From positions 114,452,001 to 114,516,000 of the forward strand of contig OX597818.1 in the NCBI GenBank assembly GCA_951406725.2: a stretch of 64,000 bases of DNA. The letters run 5' to 3'. This stretch comes from Octopus vulgaris. Its lineage: Eukaryota. This document shows, one piece after another, positions 28,211 through 44,524 of the stretch. The translations under genes were made by a program, and so were the position numbers. The first letter of the stretch is position 1, and each line of letters begins with the position of its first letter. Under the pieces are notes generated by a model. That model worked only from the letters and a program-made list of their open reading frames with translations, was not told the origin of the DNA and searched no databases.

Positions 28211-28997
28211 CTACTATTGTTAAGAAATCATTTTGAATTTCGGAAAATTTCACGTTAAAACTAATTTAAATAGTATCTTAAAAGCAGCGAACTCGGAAGT
28301 CGGATATCAATTTCGACACTCGGATGCGAAACGCTATCACAAGATCACAACGAGGGTTAAAAATGAACTAGGCAATTTACAGATCTAATGGCTTGACGGA
28401 GAATCAGTCCTTTTCTGCACTTTGCTTAACTGAGGATGCTTTTTCCTTTTTTTTTCTCACTCCAAACTTAGATCCGTGAAGTAGATAAAAAACACGAAAC
28501 CGTATAATAATAAAATAAAATCATTTCCATTTCTCTATGAGAAAATTTATCATGAGTTCAGAGTACTGAATTGTATAATATGAATAATGACAATATTTTA
28601 CGCACAGAAATCAGATTTTTCTCCAAGCATAAATATTTATATGTTTCTATGAAATTCATTAGTTTCTATTCATTCATTAGTTTCCATGCGTCAGTATTCA
28701 GAGAAAAATATTTTTATAAGCGAATTAGTTATATCATACTGTAGCGGGTCAGATATTTGGGTTTTTACTCTTTCTTGTTAGAGAAAAATAGGACGTGTCC
28801 AATGTAGTAGAGAACAAGCAGTGTAAGCGGCGTAAGCTCTCTTTAATCGACCCCGAAAGGATGAAAGGTGAAATCAACCTCGTGGAATTTGAACTCAGAA
28901 CGTAGCGGTAAGACGAAATAGCGCTAAGCATTTCGTTCGGCGAACTAACGATTCTGCCAGCTCGCTGTCTTTTAGAGTGTGTTAAATAATAAGGCAC

Positions 28998-29149
<152 letters not shown>

Positions 29150-29290
29150 TAGGGAGAGTTCATGAAAAAACAAAAGACGATGACAGGTGGTGTACAAAAC
29201 AAACAGATGTATTAGTATAACGTTCAGGAATTGAAAAAGTCTTTTACGTTTCGAGCCTACGCTCGTCTACAGAAAGGGACACAGAAAAAA
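29150..29290 (-). mobile_element. Copy of the variant-HHR repeat family (HHR 29241-29276)
   Basis: Minus strand cttt-CTGTAGA-c-gagc gtag gctc-GAAAC GTA-aaag; TA-flanked. Confidence 0.7.
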
Positions 29291-29573
29291 ATATATATAA
29301 CACATACACACACACATACACACACATATATATATGTTCATAAAATAAAAATCACATTAATGATAATTATCAGATAGTCAGCATGGAAATAAGCAATTTA
29401 TATATTGAATCAATAACTATATATATAATTATATTAAGGGAGAAATTCGAATCATGTCTTATGTCCTCCATACTGAATTAATGTCTAAAACATTACGAAA
29501 GTACCGAGAAAAGCTCCTAAATACACGTGATTGAAAGCAGGCTAGCGAAAAGATATTTAAAAACTCCACATTA

Positions 29574-29637
29574 ATTGCAAATTAGCTAATTTCAGGCTTA
29601 AAATCTTAAATGGATTTTCCTCTATCATCAGCGCAAT
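29574..29637 (-). ncRNA. Type I hammerhead-like motif
   Basis: attgcg-CTGATGA-...-GAAA ttagctaa TT-tgcaat: stem I attgcg/tgcaat, palindromic stem III; stem II is weak. Confidence 0.6.
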
Positions 29638-29639
29638 AA

Positions 29640-30468
29640 AATTAGATAAACTTAGATGTGTTTCGACCAAAGATTGGTCCAGGCCATGTCTAACTTAATA
29701 ACACTACCTGATAGGATTATCTAAATCCTTTTAGGTCAAGTTTCGTTCATGGTCCATTCAAGTAGTGAGTTCTTGTTAAGTGAGTTGTATCCAGGCATGA
29801 GTGGCTTATCCGGTATTCCTTGAAGAAAATGTCCATACTCTGTTTAAAGGTGATGGGATCCTTTTCCTCTTTAATCAATTTTGGGATAATGTTAAGCAGG
29901 GCAGGACCTGTTAAGGAAAAGAAATTATGTCGCAGTGTACCTATATGATCCTGAATTAAGCAGGGGACGTATGAACCGTGGTCCCAGCTTTGGATGAACC
30001 TTGAAACTAATGCTCAGGTCGTTTGGGCAATGCTGGCGGTATATTCTCCACATCCTACAAATGATGTACCGCTCACGACGGCGCTGGACAGAGTAGAGTT
30101 TCAAGGCTTTAAGGTGGTCCCAATAATCGAGATCAGTTATGCCTTCGTTTAGTGAATGCCCTCTGGGTTGATTCAATTCTCGAGATGTTTTGTTTTGTCT
30201 GGGGAGACCATAAGGGGCAGCAGTATTTGAGGTGTGGCTGTACAAAGCAGGAGATGATGACATGTTGTTTTCTGGACCGGAAGTTTTTAAAGATCCAGGA
30301 GCTCATCCTACGAGCTATATCGAACTTATTGTTGATGTGGATACTCCAACTGAGATTGCTATCTACAATTACACCCAGGTCTCTGAAATTATTAGATGCC
30401 GTGAGCGGTTCCCCTGAAGGAAGAGAGTATGGCTGTTTTAGGGTAGACTTTCTTCCAAAATGCATCAG
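29640..30468 (-). mobile_element. CR1/L2-group LINE 3' remnant (an orphan 3' end also at ~20010-20075)
   Basis: RDLGVIVDSNLSWSIHI...PHLKYCCPLWSPQTKQNISRIESTQRAFTKR..LDYWDHLKALKLYSVQRRRER, with frameshifts. Confidence 0.85.
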
Positions 30469-30705
30469 TTAAGTTCGGTGATCAGACTGGAGTTGAGTTC
30501 GGTAATATATGTAAAAATATACGAACAAGTCTTAATAGATACCCATAACATAGTAAGTTTGCACGTCTATATACAAAGACTTGCAAGTATAGATTCTACC
30601 CTGTCTTATTTTCCTTATACATATCAAATCTATTTTCATTTCTCCACTTCACTCTCTATTTCATATCTTTCTAAATTAACTATTGCTTAACCATTTTCTC
30701 ACACC

Positions 30706-30753
30706 GTCTCCAATGAAGGGATATGTAAAATATCCTGGATACAGTTGTAAGAC
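30706..30753 (+). ncRNA. Degenerate hammerhead motif
   Basis: gtct-CCAATGA-agggatat..atatcct-gGATAC agtt GTA-agac: stems intact, core mutated. Confidence 0.5.
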
Positions 30754-30845
30754 CTATTCATAAATGTTCTAAAATCTTCACAGCCTTGGTTTTTTATCTC
30801 ATTTTGAAAAAATTTTTTATATATACACATGCTGATATACGACCT

Positions 30846-31271
30846 ACGTTGGGCTCCTCATTTGCATAACCACCGAACCTGAGTCTATCCATAACACTTA
30901 CTCAGCATTACCTGATACTTTTGGGTCTTATTGACACCATTACCTCTCATAACCTCTCTCGCTCTCTCTCTGTATGTATATGTATATATATATGTGTGTG
31001 TGTGTAAACATATAAACATATATATAAACATACATATATATACACATACATACATGTGTATATATATACACACATATATATACATACGTATATGTATATA
31101 TATACATATGTATGTATGTGTATGTATAGAGGGAGAGAGAGAGAGAGAGAGAGGTTATGAGCGGTAATGGTGTCCGTAAGACCCAAAGGTGTCAGGAAAT
31201 GCTGAGTAAGTGCTATGGACAGACTATAGTTAAGCTCCAGGTTCGGTGATTATGCGAATGAGGAGTCCAAC

Positions 31272-31273
<2 letters not shown>
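30846..31273. repeat. Inverted ~115-bp arms around a central microsatellite
   Basis: acgttgggctcctcatttgcataac...cataacctctctc pairs with gagagaggttatg...ttatgcgaatgaggagtccaacgt. Confidence 0.85.
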
Positions 31274-31349
<76 letters not shown>

Positions 31350-31351
<2 letters not shown>

Positions 31352-31698
31352 GGAAAATGAGACAAGGTAGAAAATAAATAAAATAATTTTATCATGAACC
31401 TTTTAGTACCGGTTTCAGTTTTTGCGACTTTTTTAACTTACAGTAAAGCATGAAAAACAATTAAATTGTGGAAAAATTAAATGAAATGTTTTTTAGAAAC
31501 ATTTCCATACTAATACCTGCTGCCAAGCCTTCATAAGAGTAAAAAAGAAAGGGACAAACAGGAAAAAGAAAAATGTCCCTTGCATTTGAAAACTATTGAA
31601 ATATATTTAAAAAAAGCATTTCATTTAATGTTTCCACAATTTAATTGTTTTTTATGATAAAATTATTTTAGCATTTTCTACCCTGTCTTATTTTCCTT
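31350..31698. repeat. Degenerate TA-flanked inverted repeat with a minus-strand HHR remnant (GAAAC cg GTA at ~31404-31417)
   Basis: aaggaaaatgagacaaggtagaaaat / attttctaccctgtcttattttcctt, and aaaacaattaaattgtggaaa / tttccacaatttaattgtttt. Confidence 0.7.
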
Positions 31699-31899
31699 AT
31701 ACATATCAACTCGTATACATACATACATACATACATACACGCATACATACATACATACATACATACATACATACATACATACATACATACATACATGCAT
31801 ATATATATATATATATCTTTATTGCCCACAGAGAGCTAAACATAGAGGGGACAAACAAGGACAGACAAAGGGTTTAAGTCGATTACATCGACCCCCGAG

Positions 31900-31980
<81 letters not shown>

Positions 31981-31989
31981 TTATATATG

Positions 31990-32092
<103 letters not shown>

Positions 32093-33584
32093 TTAAGCTA
32101 ACAGAATCTGTAACGATATATCAACTGAAAATGGCTCAGAAAAATGAATGAAGACATATTCGATTTTATAATCCTATTTTTTATGTATTTCAATGGAAAT
32201 ATATTCAAAATTCAAACTCCATACTATGCTACCGGTCCGCCTGAAGCGCTTCACCGCGCTTTCTTTTCATAATGACTCACCGTCTTTGTATCTCAGAAAA
32301 TGCTCAGCTCACCTCTACCCCTTCACTCACATACACACACAATCTTTCGCAGGACAATGAGTGGCTCTGTCACCATTTTTCATGCTTGAAGTATGTCTCT
32401 CGAATCTCATTTACTTCAAAACACACCCCGTATGAGAATGCGGGATAAAATCTATTAAAGTCGTCACACGGTTTTCCTATAATTTAGACCCCACCTCATT
32501 CCACAGAAAACTGAAATGTTTTCGAATGGTCGAGGATGTGCTCGATCAAGTTTGACGTAAGCCGATGCAACAAATAACGAGGCGCATTTTTAAACCAAGT
32601 TAAATACTACAAAGAAAAAAACCCCGAGTCAACGAAGAAGCCCTTACTTGGTCGTTCGTCTTGCTAGAAATAGCAGTCACACCATCCATATGTTGCACTT
32701 ATAGTTTAATAAAATAAAACAAGGATCTAATGGACATAGAATAGAAGATCCTGACACAATGTATGCGTGTATAAAGGCCTTGTTAAGCGCGGAGTATCTT
32801 TGTTCGTCTTCAATCATATATTTTCCAACCTATTTAGCAATCTGCTAAGAGCTATTTGGCTATTCACATTTCTAAGAAAATATCCATGAAAACAACGTAC
32901 GCTTGTACATACGTCAGTATGCGTATAATAGGTATGCATATAGTATGCAAATATGTATGTATATAATGAGCGTATATTGAATGATGCGTGTATAAATACA
33001 TTCATATATGGATGTGTGTGTTTATGAAGTTATGCATGTGTTTATGTGTGTCTGAAACACTCGACTTATTAAGGTTTGGATTTGACGTGTAAATGAGGTC
33101 AAATACTTCAGATTGTTATGTAGTGAGTTTATGAACATTATAAAGGAATATTAAAATGTGCTGTAACCATTCTACTAATTCGTATCCTATATTACAGCCT
33201 AATTCATAGAGCGTGATCAACGCGTGTACGTAATATAAACACCTGGCGATGTTAGGAGGCAAACAACGTCCAGGTATTGATTCGGTCCCCAACATTTCGC
33301 TTCGTTTATAACTTGAATCAACTTAGTAAAAGAAGGACCACATTTTTTAACATATTATACACATATGTTCCACTAGGGGATAGTCTGTAGCTCCAATTTT
33401 TTGTAGGCGCAGGAGCGGCTGTGTGGTAAGTAGCTTGCTTCCAAGCCACATGGTTCCCGGTTCAGTCCCGTTGCGTGGCACCTCGGGCAAGTGTCTTCTA
33501 CTATAGACTCGGGCCGACCAAAACCTTGTGAGTGGATTTGGTAGACGGAAACTGAAAGAAGCCCATCGTATATATATATATATA

Positions 33585-33643
<59 letters not shown>

Positions 33644-33912
33644 ATATATGAATGTGTTTGTGTGTCTGTGCTTGTCCCTTCGCCATCGCTTTGACAACCG
33701 ATGTTGGTGTGTTTATGTTCCCGTAACTTAGCGGTTCGGAAAGAGTGACCGATAGAATAAGTACTAGGCTTACAAAGAATAAGTCTTGGGGTCGATTTGT
33801 TCGACTAAAGGCGGTGCTCCAGCATGGTGACAGTTAAATGATTGAAACAAGTAAAAGAGTAAAAGAGCAACCTTCGACACAAGTGTAATCGACACACCTG
33901 TAGTCGACACAA

Positions 33913-33957
<45 letters not shown>

Positions 33958-34566
33958 ACTTCTCACAAAAGCACATATAAGTAATTTTAGATTAGACTGA
34001 AGTATATATTTTAGAAATATTTACGGGACAATGGTTGACAATCACTTCGAAGTTTCGGCTTAATCACTGTCATCAGATTATTTCATTTTGGTTCCTTCTG
34101 GCTTTAATTAATTGCTTTTTTCTTTTCTTATTGTTCTCTTGGCAAGTGTTCCTTTAGTAGAGAGAGAGTAATGGTGATGAGAAGTAGGTGGGATGTAGAT
34201 CAGCTGGAGAAGACCGGTCAGGTCAGGCATGGTGATATGTGCCGTTGTACCGCGTCGCCGCATCCACCATTCATTGGTATTTGATCGGATCGTCTGGCCA
34301 ACCCTCCGATCAATGTCCTAGCTAGTCCCTACCTTCGCGAGTTATCTTCTCATCCGGCGTGAACATGTGGCATATAGCCGACCAACACGAGCTGTCATCC
34401 CAGCCGGATCGTCAGAGAAGGGAATATGATGCGTATAATCCATCGTAGATGATTAAGCAACAGATCGAAGAGTCTGAGTTGACGCTCTAGAGTCATGAAA
34501 GCAACAGGATGAATCCCGGTTTCTGAGTATAGTCGTTGGTCAGATACAAAATCTAACCGGCAGAAG

Positions 34567-34688
<122 letters not shown>

Positions 34689-34725
34689 AATATAAAAGCA
34701 ATCCATTCTTGTTGCTTCTTTCTCG

Positions 34726-34766
<41 letters not shown>

Positions 34767-34835
34767 ATAGCTAGCTAGCTAGCTAGCTATCTATCTGTCC
34801 GTCCATATGTCTGTCTGTCTCTCTCTCTCTCTCTC

Positions 34836-34900
<65 letters not shown>

Positions 34901-35133
34901 GTGTGTGTATATGTTTGTGTGTCTGTGTTTGTCCCCCTAGCATTGCTTGACAACCAATGCTGGTGTGTTTATGTCCACGTTACTTAGCGGTTCGATACAT
35001 ATATACACATACACACATATATATATATACATATATATATATATAGATATATATATATATCTGTCTATGTATCCATCCATCAATCTATCTGTCTGTCTGT
35101 ATACCTATCTACGCATCTACGCACGCACATACA

Positions 35134-35200
<67 letters not shown>

Positions 35201-35551
35201 CAAAATGAGAGAAGAATGCAAAACATCCGGACAGTTAGGTGATACAAAAACATCCAGATAGGCGATACAAAAAAAATCAAGGAAGGGTCATTCGACGTTT
35301 TCTTTCCTCGGTCGAGTACCAGATTATCTTCGCAATTTCGGCTGATTATACTCGAGATTGCTCCAATCTGGCCAGCTCCAAGGAAAACTAACTGAAGGGC
35401 ATTAGATTCCTTGGGAGAAAGCAGCGAATGTATACAAAAACAAGGACGGAATAAAATGGACAATGTTACACAAATACAATAAGAATAATAACAGGACATA
35501 ACAATAGGTGTCTTTCGAGTAAGGACGAATTAATTAAGTTGGCGTGTGTGG

Positions 35552-35624
<73 letters not shown>

Positions 35625-36439
35625 TACATACACACACACTTACACTCACACACACATAATGTTCTATACATCTAGCCTGTCTCGCACAAAGAATGCTACA
35701 AATATCTATGGAGGCATTGATGAGTTTGATGAAAATATAACATACGAAAGTGGTGTGAAAAAAATAGAATCGTACAGGAATATTACAATAGATTTAGGAA
35801 AATATAGTCATCGGATCGCTCCTCTTACAACATGACATCATCCATATAGCGGTGTCAGTTATGAAACCAACATTTGGGATATTTGACTGTCCGTGGAAAA
35901 GTATCGTCTCCATAGGCATTAAAAGCAGCACGATCCTGACATCGACTGCAATCGTTCTCAGAGAAAGTCACATCAACAGTTTCTAACTAAGAAGAGATGG
36001 AGGAAATAAAGGCTTGAAATCAGTGCTGACAACTGTTGTATGCTGTATAGTATCTCACAGATAGCACCTTCTAAAAGCAACAACAGCAGTGGAGGCGCAA
36101 TGGCACAGTGGTTTGGGCAGCGGACTCGCGATCGTAAGAACGCGGTTTCGATTCCCAGACCGGGCATTGTGAGTGTTTATTGGGCAAAAACGCCTAAGCT
36201 CCACGTAGCTCCGGCGGGGGTGGGGTGAACCCTGCTGTACTCTTTCACCACACTCTTTCTCTCACTCTTTCTTCCTACTTCTGCCCCAAAGCAGAGGAAC
36301 CATGGTGTAACCCACTATGGTGTGGTAAACTTTCAGATCCCAGTCTAGATTGCGAATCCTCTGTACCCCAAGATGGTTCAGCTCTCCACCCGTTAAAGGC
36401 CATCGTTTACGGAATGAAGATAACAATGTAGCTTTCGCG

Positions 36440-36651
36440 AGGTAATTTAAACGAGGTAATTTCTACTCTTCTCCTCTCGAAGCCATCTGCTCGCGATACC
36501 AGAGGGCGCACACTCTCCTACCCTGATGCAAACTCCATGGATACAGGCATCCAGCAACAGGACCTCCGTAATGTTATGATGGACCGTGAAGTCTGGCGTA
36601 ACATGGTAAATTCCATTGTCTCAACCAGGGTCGAACAATGATGAAAATGAT
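36440..36651 (+). mobile_element. 5'-truncated RTE LINE 3' end inserted into a SINE, with 8-bp TSD ctttcgcg
   Basis: RGRTLSYPD..DTGIQQQDLRNVMMDREVWRNMV; TSD at 36432-36439 and 36652-36659. The uninterrupted site is visible in the 22776 copy. Confidence 0.8.
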
Positions 36652-37174
36652 CTTTCGCGCCCGTGCAACCGCCAGTCTATTAGAAATTATTCTTTGTGAC
36701 TAATGGCGTGAGTCCTGATTGGAAGAAGAAGAAGAAGAAGAAGAAGAAGAAGAAGAAGAAGAAGAAGAAGAAGAAGAAGAAGAAGAAGAAGAAGAAGAAG
36801 AAGAAGAAGAAGAAGACAACAGCAGCAACAATGAATATATATATATAAAGCCAGCGGTGAAAACGAAGAGAACAAGAACCAACGATATTCGGCAGTAAGT
36901 ACAGTTTTCCTCACGACCCATCATACAACCACAAAACAACGGACTAATAGCTGGACAAACCAGCTGGAATACTAAACCCCAAAAAGATGTGAACCGCTCA
37001 ACTTAGAATGTGAAACGCTCAGCATGCGAAAAACGACTATACCTAGGTATGTTTCCTGAAGACTTGAAGATGACAGTACTATCGACATAATAGTGCGACC
37101 GCTACATCACGTCATACGTCGAAGCTAAGTGTTTGCTATCCAAGAGCGGGAAATTTCTACAAAATACCCTTTTT

Positions 37175-37780
37175 TGAGCCTTCAGATTTTAATATGCTAA
37201 ATCACTGGTTTTAAATTGATATTAATCAAATTAATATTCAATTTTTCACCCTCATTTTAAATTTAAATTTTAAATTTGTATGTACTCTAACCGGCATAAA
37301 TCACTGCGGAGAATTATTTTCTGCAGAATTATTTCCGGTATTTTAGCGCGCCAAAACTAGAACTTTTGAAAAATAACCCCAAGTGTAAAAGTAGAACTAT
37401 ATACATGTCCAATCTCATGCGGACGTCTCGTGTATAGTTCTGCAAATTATATTTACAATGATGATCATGCTGAGGAGCTACGGACAAATTACGTAAGTAA
37501 AAATTACGTAAATGTTGATAGCGAAACATGTCCATGATTAATCTATATTTTTGTTATTTCTCATTTGTCTTGCTCGATTAGGTTCTGAATTTTCTTGAGA
37601 ACATTTCTTAGTGGTGATACCATAGCGGATCTACTTCTAGCATAAGGGTTGTCCACATTGTGGTCACCCCTCTTATATATATGTAATATAATTTTCTGAA
37701 CCTTCAGATTTAAATATGCTTGACCACTGGTTTTAAATTGATATGAATCAAATTAATATTCAATTTTCACCCTCATTTTA

Positions 37781-37785
<5 letters not shown>
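37175..37785 (+). repeat. ~90-bp direct repeats (37175-37265, 37695-37785)
   Basis: ccttcagattt.aatatgct...cactggttttaaattgatat.aatcaaattaatattcaatttt.caccctcattttaaattt occurs twice. Confidence 0.85.
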
Positions 37786-37835
<50 letters not shown>

Positions 37836-38309
37836 GTATGTGTGTGTGTGTGCCTTTGTTTTTTTTTTTCTTTTGTCCCCGTAATCCAACGGTTCGGCGA
37901 AAGAGACGGATGGAATAAGTAGTGGTCTTTCAAAAATAAGTCTTGGGGTCGTAGTTAAATGATTGAAACATGAATAAAACAAGTAAAAGATAAAAAGAAA
38001 ATTTGTTACTATCTTTAACGAGAAATAATGATAGTGAAAGAGACAGAAAGAGAAGATGAGAAAGAGAGAGATGAGGAGAGAGAAAGAGAGGGTATAGAGA
38101 GAAATAAAAAGGCAGCGAAAGATGACGCAGAATTATTAATGTGTGAGAAATGATTTCAACTAAAAGGTGAATGTTTTATGAGACAAATTACCTGTAACTC
38201 GTTTCCGATTCTTAGAATAGTTGTGGTTTTTTCACTTGGGAAGTACATTAAATCTTTCGTAATTTAACGCTCTCATTTATCATAAATCTGATTTATTATT
38301 ATTGTTATA

Positions 38310-38392
<83 letters not shown>

Positions 38393-38396
<4 letters not shown>

Positions 38397-38743
38397 TAGT
38401 CTTATTTTTATAGCGTGCTTTCACTTCACTACCGAGCGCAGCTCTGTGTGCCTTGGGTATGTGCTGTGATTTGTTGTGATGCTCTGATGGTTATTGTATG
38501 GAAAGTGTTCTGCGTAGGATGTGTGCAGTGCCTAGTAGTGCAATTTTCTGTATGTTATATGTATTTGTAAGTCCTGGTGTTTTTGTTATGTATTTATCTG
38601 AATATTTTTTTATCATGCCTAATGCACCTACTATGATAGGAATTGTTTCTGTTTTCAGGTTCCACATTCTAGTTACCTCTATTTCCAGGTCTTTGTATTT
38701 TGAGAGTTTCTCCATTTCTTTTAGAGACACGTTGTCATCTGCC
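38393..38743 (-). mobile_element. 5'-truncated R4/Dong-like non-LTR retrotransposon in (TAA)n
   Basis: Nearly identical to the 3' end of 46905-47880; flanked by TAA repeats. Confidence 0.88.
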
Positions 38744-38791
<48 letters not shown>

Positions 38792-39026
38792 TATTATTAT
38801 TATAAGTCGGCAAAAGGCGGTGAGCTGGGCGAATCGTTAGCACGCTGGGCGATATGCTTAGCGATATTATGTCTGCCGTTACGATCTGAGTTCAAATTCC
38901 GCCGAGGTCGACTTTGCCTTTCATCCTTTCGGGTTCGATTAAATAAGTATCAGTTGTGTCCTGGGGCCGATGTAATCGACTCATACTCTCCCCCAAAACT
39001 GCTGCCCTTGTGGCAAAATTTCAAAC

Positions 39027-39075
<49 letters not shown>

Positions 39076-39389
39076 AGTCAGCAAAAGTTACGATCGTGAT
39101 GCTGACACCCTAACCACTAAGTCACGCGCCTCCACAAATATGATAAATAGTGGCGTATTATCATTACAATTATAGATGAATATTATCGTATTTAGTGTTA
39201 CTAATTAAACTCATTAATTGCTATTAAATATTTTATCGAACGCGAACCTAAGTGTTATTTATTATTCAAAGGGAAATAACTGAAACGATATTTCTTTTAA
39301 CCTCGTTCTGCTTAAACTGCCTTCACCTTATTCTGCTTTTATGCGTCATACGTATTTAGACCAGTCAGAGTTTACTGGAATTTCACCGA

Positions 39390-40786
<1,397 letters not shown>

Positions 40787-41546
40787 TTGACGGAGGACAC
40801 ATAATGAACAAGTGTTCTACACACTCGAAGCACTCCTAGTTAGTGTTTCAGGTGTGTTTTGTTAAAAATGTCTTCGGTAAACAGATTATTCACACAATTT
40901 GGTTTATCTGCTTTGAATTTACGACATTCGGACTGAGAAATCAATTACAAGGGAGAGAACGCCAATTGACATTTTCTTTAGTGTGTGTGTGGACGTGGGT
41001 TATAGACGGATAAATGAATTTAATACCAGCCAGTTTATAGTTATGTCCCTTGCACCATTCTGCTTTAGTTCGATTTTCACTAAAATTGTCTTATTCCATT
41101 TAACAGTTCCCACTTTTGTAAATTTATTGCATTAATTTACAAATGGAGAATCCACCCTGTAAAAGACAACTCGTACTGTTTAATGCTAAGAATGTATATA
41201 TTTCATTGTTTTTGTCGTTATTATCTTGACATTTACAACCCAATGCATACCCTGGTTGGTTTCCATCGCATTGTGATGCGCCGTCTATATTAACCACTTT
41301 CTTTCTTTCTTTCTTTATTTTTCTCTTCTTTCTTACTTTCTTTCTTTTTTTCTTTCTTTTTCTTTCGAAGATTTTCTAAGGATTTAGTTTGAAAGTGATT
41401 CGGTTGCTATATTATTCAGGTCGAGCGAGTGTATATTCCCTTGAAAATGAATGTATGTGCGTACGCTTGAATATGCATGCTTGAATATATGCGATGTGGT
41501 TTGTATGTATGTATGTATGTATGTATGTATGTATGTATGTATGTAT

Positions 41547-41629
<83 letters not shown>

Positions 41630-41637
<8 letters not shown>

Positions 41638-41716
41638 TAGGGAAAATTTATTAATCTTATGTATTGGCTTAAGTTTTTCATTGTATGATTTGCCTAATAG
41701 TGGTTTTATCTCTAAT

Positions 41717-41725
<9 letters not shown>
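41630..41725. mobile_element. Second collapsed member of the palindromic HHR family
   Basis: The tail start aaatattaggga is fused to an arm end that is the reverse complement of ~6912-6985. TA-flanked. Confidence 0.72.
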
Positions 41726-41794
<69 letters not shown>

Positions 41795-42574
41795 GTGAGT
41801 GTGCGTGCGTGTGTATGATGGGTTTCTTTCAGTTTCCCCACCAAATCCAGTCACAAGGCTTTGGTCTACCCGGATCTATAGTAGAAGACACTTGCCCAAA
41901 ATGTGACGCAGTAGAACTGAACCAGGGAGTCCGGGACTATATGGCTGGGGAGCAAACTGCTTGGCACACACCTACGCCCACAACAACGTATTCTTAGCTT
42001 TACAAAGAAAATGGTAACAAAGTGTTTATGTATGACCATACACTGGCGCTACACACATACATATACGATATGTGTTTAGGTGTTGTGTATTTATGTGTGC
42101 GTCGTTATCCTTGTATTTAGCCTCCGCCACCGCTTGACCACCTGGTTTGGTATGTTTACATCCCCCGTAACCTTAGCGGTTCGACAAAAACAATCAATAG
42201 AATACATACGTCCCCCACTCCCCGAATATGTAAGTACAGGGGTCGATGTTTACGCTTAAACACTTCAAGGCGGTAACCCAGCATGACCGCAGTCTGGCCA
42301 TTGTGGTTAAGAAACCTACTTTGCAACCACGTCGTTTCGGTGCGAGGTGGAAGCGTTCTTTGTGTCCGAGTTTGTCGCTCCAACACTTGACAACCGGCAT
42401 TACTTTGTTTATGTCTTCAGACTTCAGAACTTGAAGTTCGTAAGTGGATTTTTGAATCTTATCGTAAAGAATTGATATGAGTTCCTGCCCTTGTCATCAC
42501 CCGGCCTCCTTCACGACTTTCTCTCTTAAACTACATTATATAACGTATATGTTCCGGTATGTATAACACCGTAT

Positions 42575-42975
42575 AAGGTGGCGAGCTGGCAGAAACGTTA
42601 GCGCGCCGGGCGAAATGCTTAGCAGTATTTCGTCTGCCGTTACGTCCTGAGTTCAAACTCCGCCGAAGTCGACTTTACCTTTCATCCTTTCGGGGTCGAT
42701 AAATTAAGTACCAGTTACGCACTGGGGTCGATATAATCGACTTGATCCCTTTGTCTGTCCTTGTTTGTCCGCTCTATGTTTAGCCCCTTGTGGGTAATAA
42801 AGAAATAGGTATTTCGTCTGTCTTTATGTTCTGAGTTCAAATTCCGCCGAGGTCGTCTTTGCCTTTCATCCTTTCGAGATCGATAAATAAAGTACCAGTT
42901 TCGCACTGGGGTCGATGTAATCGACTTAATCCCTTTGTCTGTCCTTGTTTGGCCCCTTGTGGACAGGAAAGAAAT
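42575..42975 (+). mobile_element. SINE family B with a tandem internal duplication (same form at 49945-50350 + and 53590-53890 -)
   Basis: The ggtatttcgtctg..gagttcaaa..gcctttcatcc..gtaccag block is repeated head-to-tail. Confidence 0.8.
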
Positions 42976-43794
42976 ATGTAACACCGTATGTGCGGTGTGT
43001 ATATCTATTATTTCAAGCTGGTCATGTGATGGAGTAATTGCGCAGTCTTTGGCTGATGTGTGTACATGAAAGTGCGTGCGCGCTTGCATACAGGCTTGGC
43101 CAAACGTCACCCAACAGTAAATCAAAATTCCATCAATACTATGTGTAATTCTGCATTGCCTCGAATGCGAACATGTGTCAATCAAGAAGAACTTCAGTTT
43201 GAGCAATTTTCATGATATTTCATATTTAAATGCTTTTATTAAATTCATTCAGTTGTTAAACATAAGTAAATCTTGGAATAAAATGGTTTTGATTTACTGT
43301 CAGGTGACTTTTGGCCAAACTTCTTTATACAAATCTGTATACAAGCATACATACATGCATACATACATACATACATACATACATACATACATACATACAT
43401 ACATGCATGCATGCATGCATACATACATACATACATACGTACATACATACAGATGCATGGGTGTGTTTGTGTGTATGTGTGTGTGCATGAGATTGGAATA
43501 AACTTAAAATGCAATTAAGTGTAAGCTTATAGGAGTTCTCTCCCCTCTCACAATTTTAGTTTTTATTCTTTCACCAACGAAATTTATCAAAATTTTTTAG
43601 TAGGTTGGTCACACACTTGTGTGTGTGTGTGTGTGTGTATGTGTGTGTGTGTGTGTGTGTGTTTATTCTGATTTGGAAAATATCGATTCTTTACAGAAGT
43701 GCTTTGACAGACTATTGGGTGGGTGAGTGAGTTAATTACATCTCTTTTAACCAACCACGGCAAGAGTAAAGAGAGAGAGAAACCTTAAGTAATC

Positions 43795-44280
43795 TCCCTT
43801 CAGATTGTAGATCACACGCCAAAGTAACACCTCCCACACACACACAGACACATATCGTGGCACTCCGTCGGCTACGACGACGAGGGTCCCAGCGAATACG
43901 ATCAGCAGAACAGCTTGCTCGTGTAATTAACGTGCAAGTGGCTGAGCACTCTACAGACACGAGTACCCTTAACGTTGTTCTGGTGGAGATTCAGCGTCAC
44001 AAAGAATGTGACAAGGTTGTCTCTTTGAAATACATGTACGACAGAAACAGGTTGAAAGAGTGCAAGAAAGATGTGGTGAAAGGGTACAACAGAATTCCCC
44101 ACAACACCCTGCCGGAGCCTCGTGGAGCTTCAGGTGATTTCGATCAATAAGCAAAACGCTTAGTCTGCTGGCCCTTTGAAATACAGACACAACTCATTTT
44201 TGCCAGCTGAGTGGACTGGAGCAACGTGAAATAAAGTGTCTTGCTCAAGGACACAACGCGCCGCCGGGAATTGAGCCTAG
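43795..44280 (-). mobile_element. tRNA-derived SINE family D (related heads at 8550-8700 and 61070-61245)
   Basis: Shared gcgttgtgtccttgagcaagacactttatttcacgttgctccagtccactcagctggcaaaaatgagt segment. Confidence 0.7.
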
Positions 44281-44353
44281 TTAGTACTTAGATGGGTGAC
44301 TAGTTAGTACTTAGATGGGTGACTGCTTTGGAAACCTAGGTGCTCTAAGCACA

Positions 44354-44421
<68 letters not shown>

Positions 44422-44430
44422 GTATACATA

Positions 44431-44509
<79 letters not shown>

Positions 44510-44524
44510 ATATACATATATATA

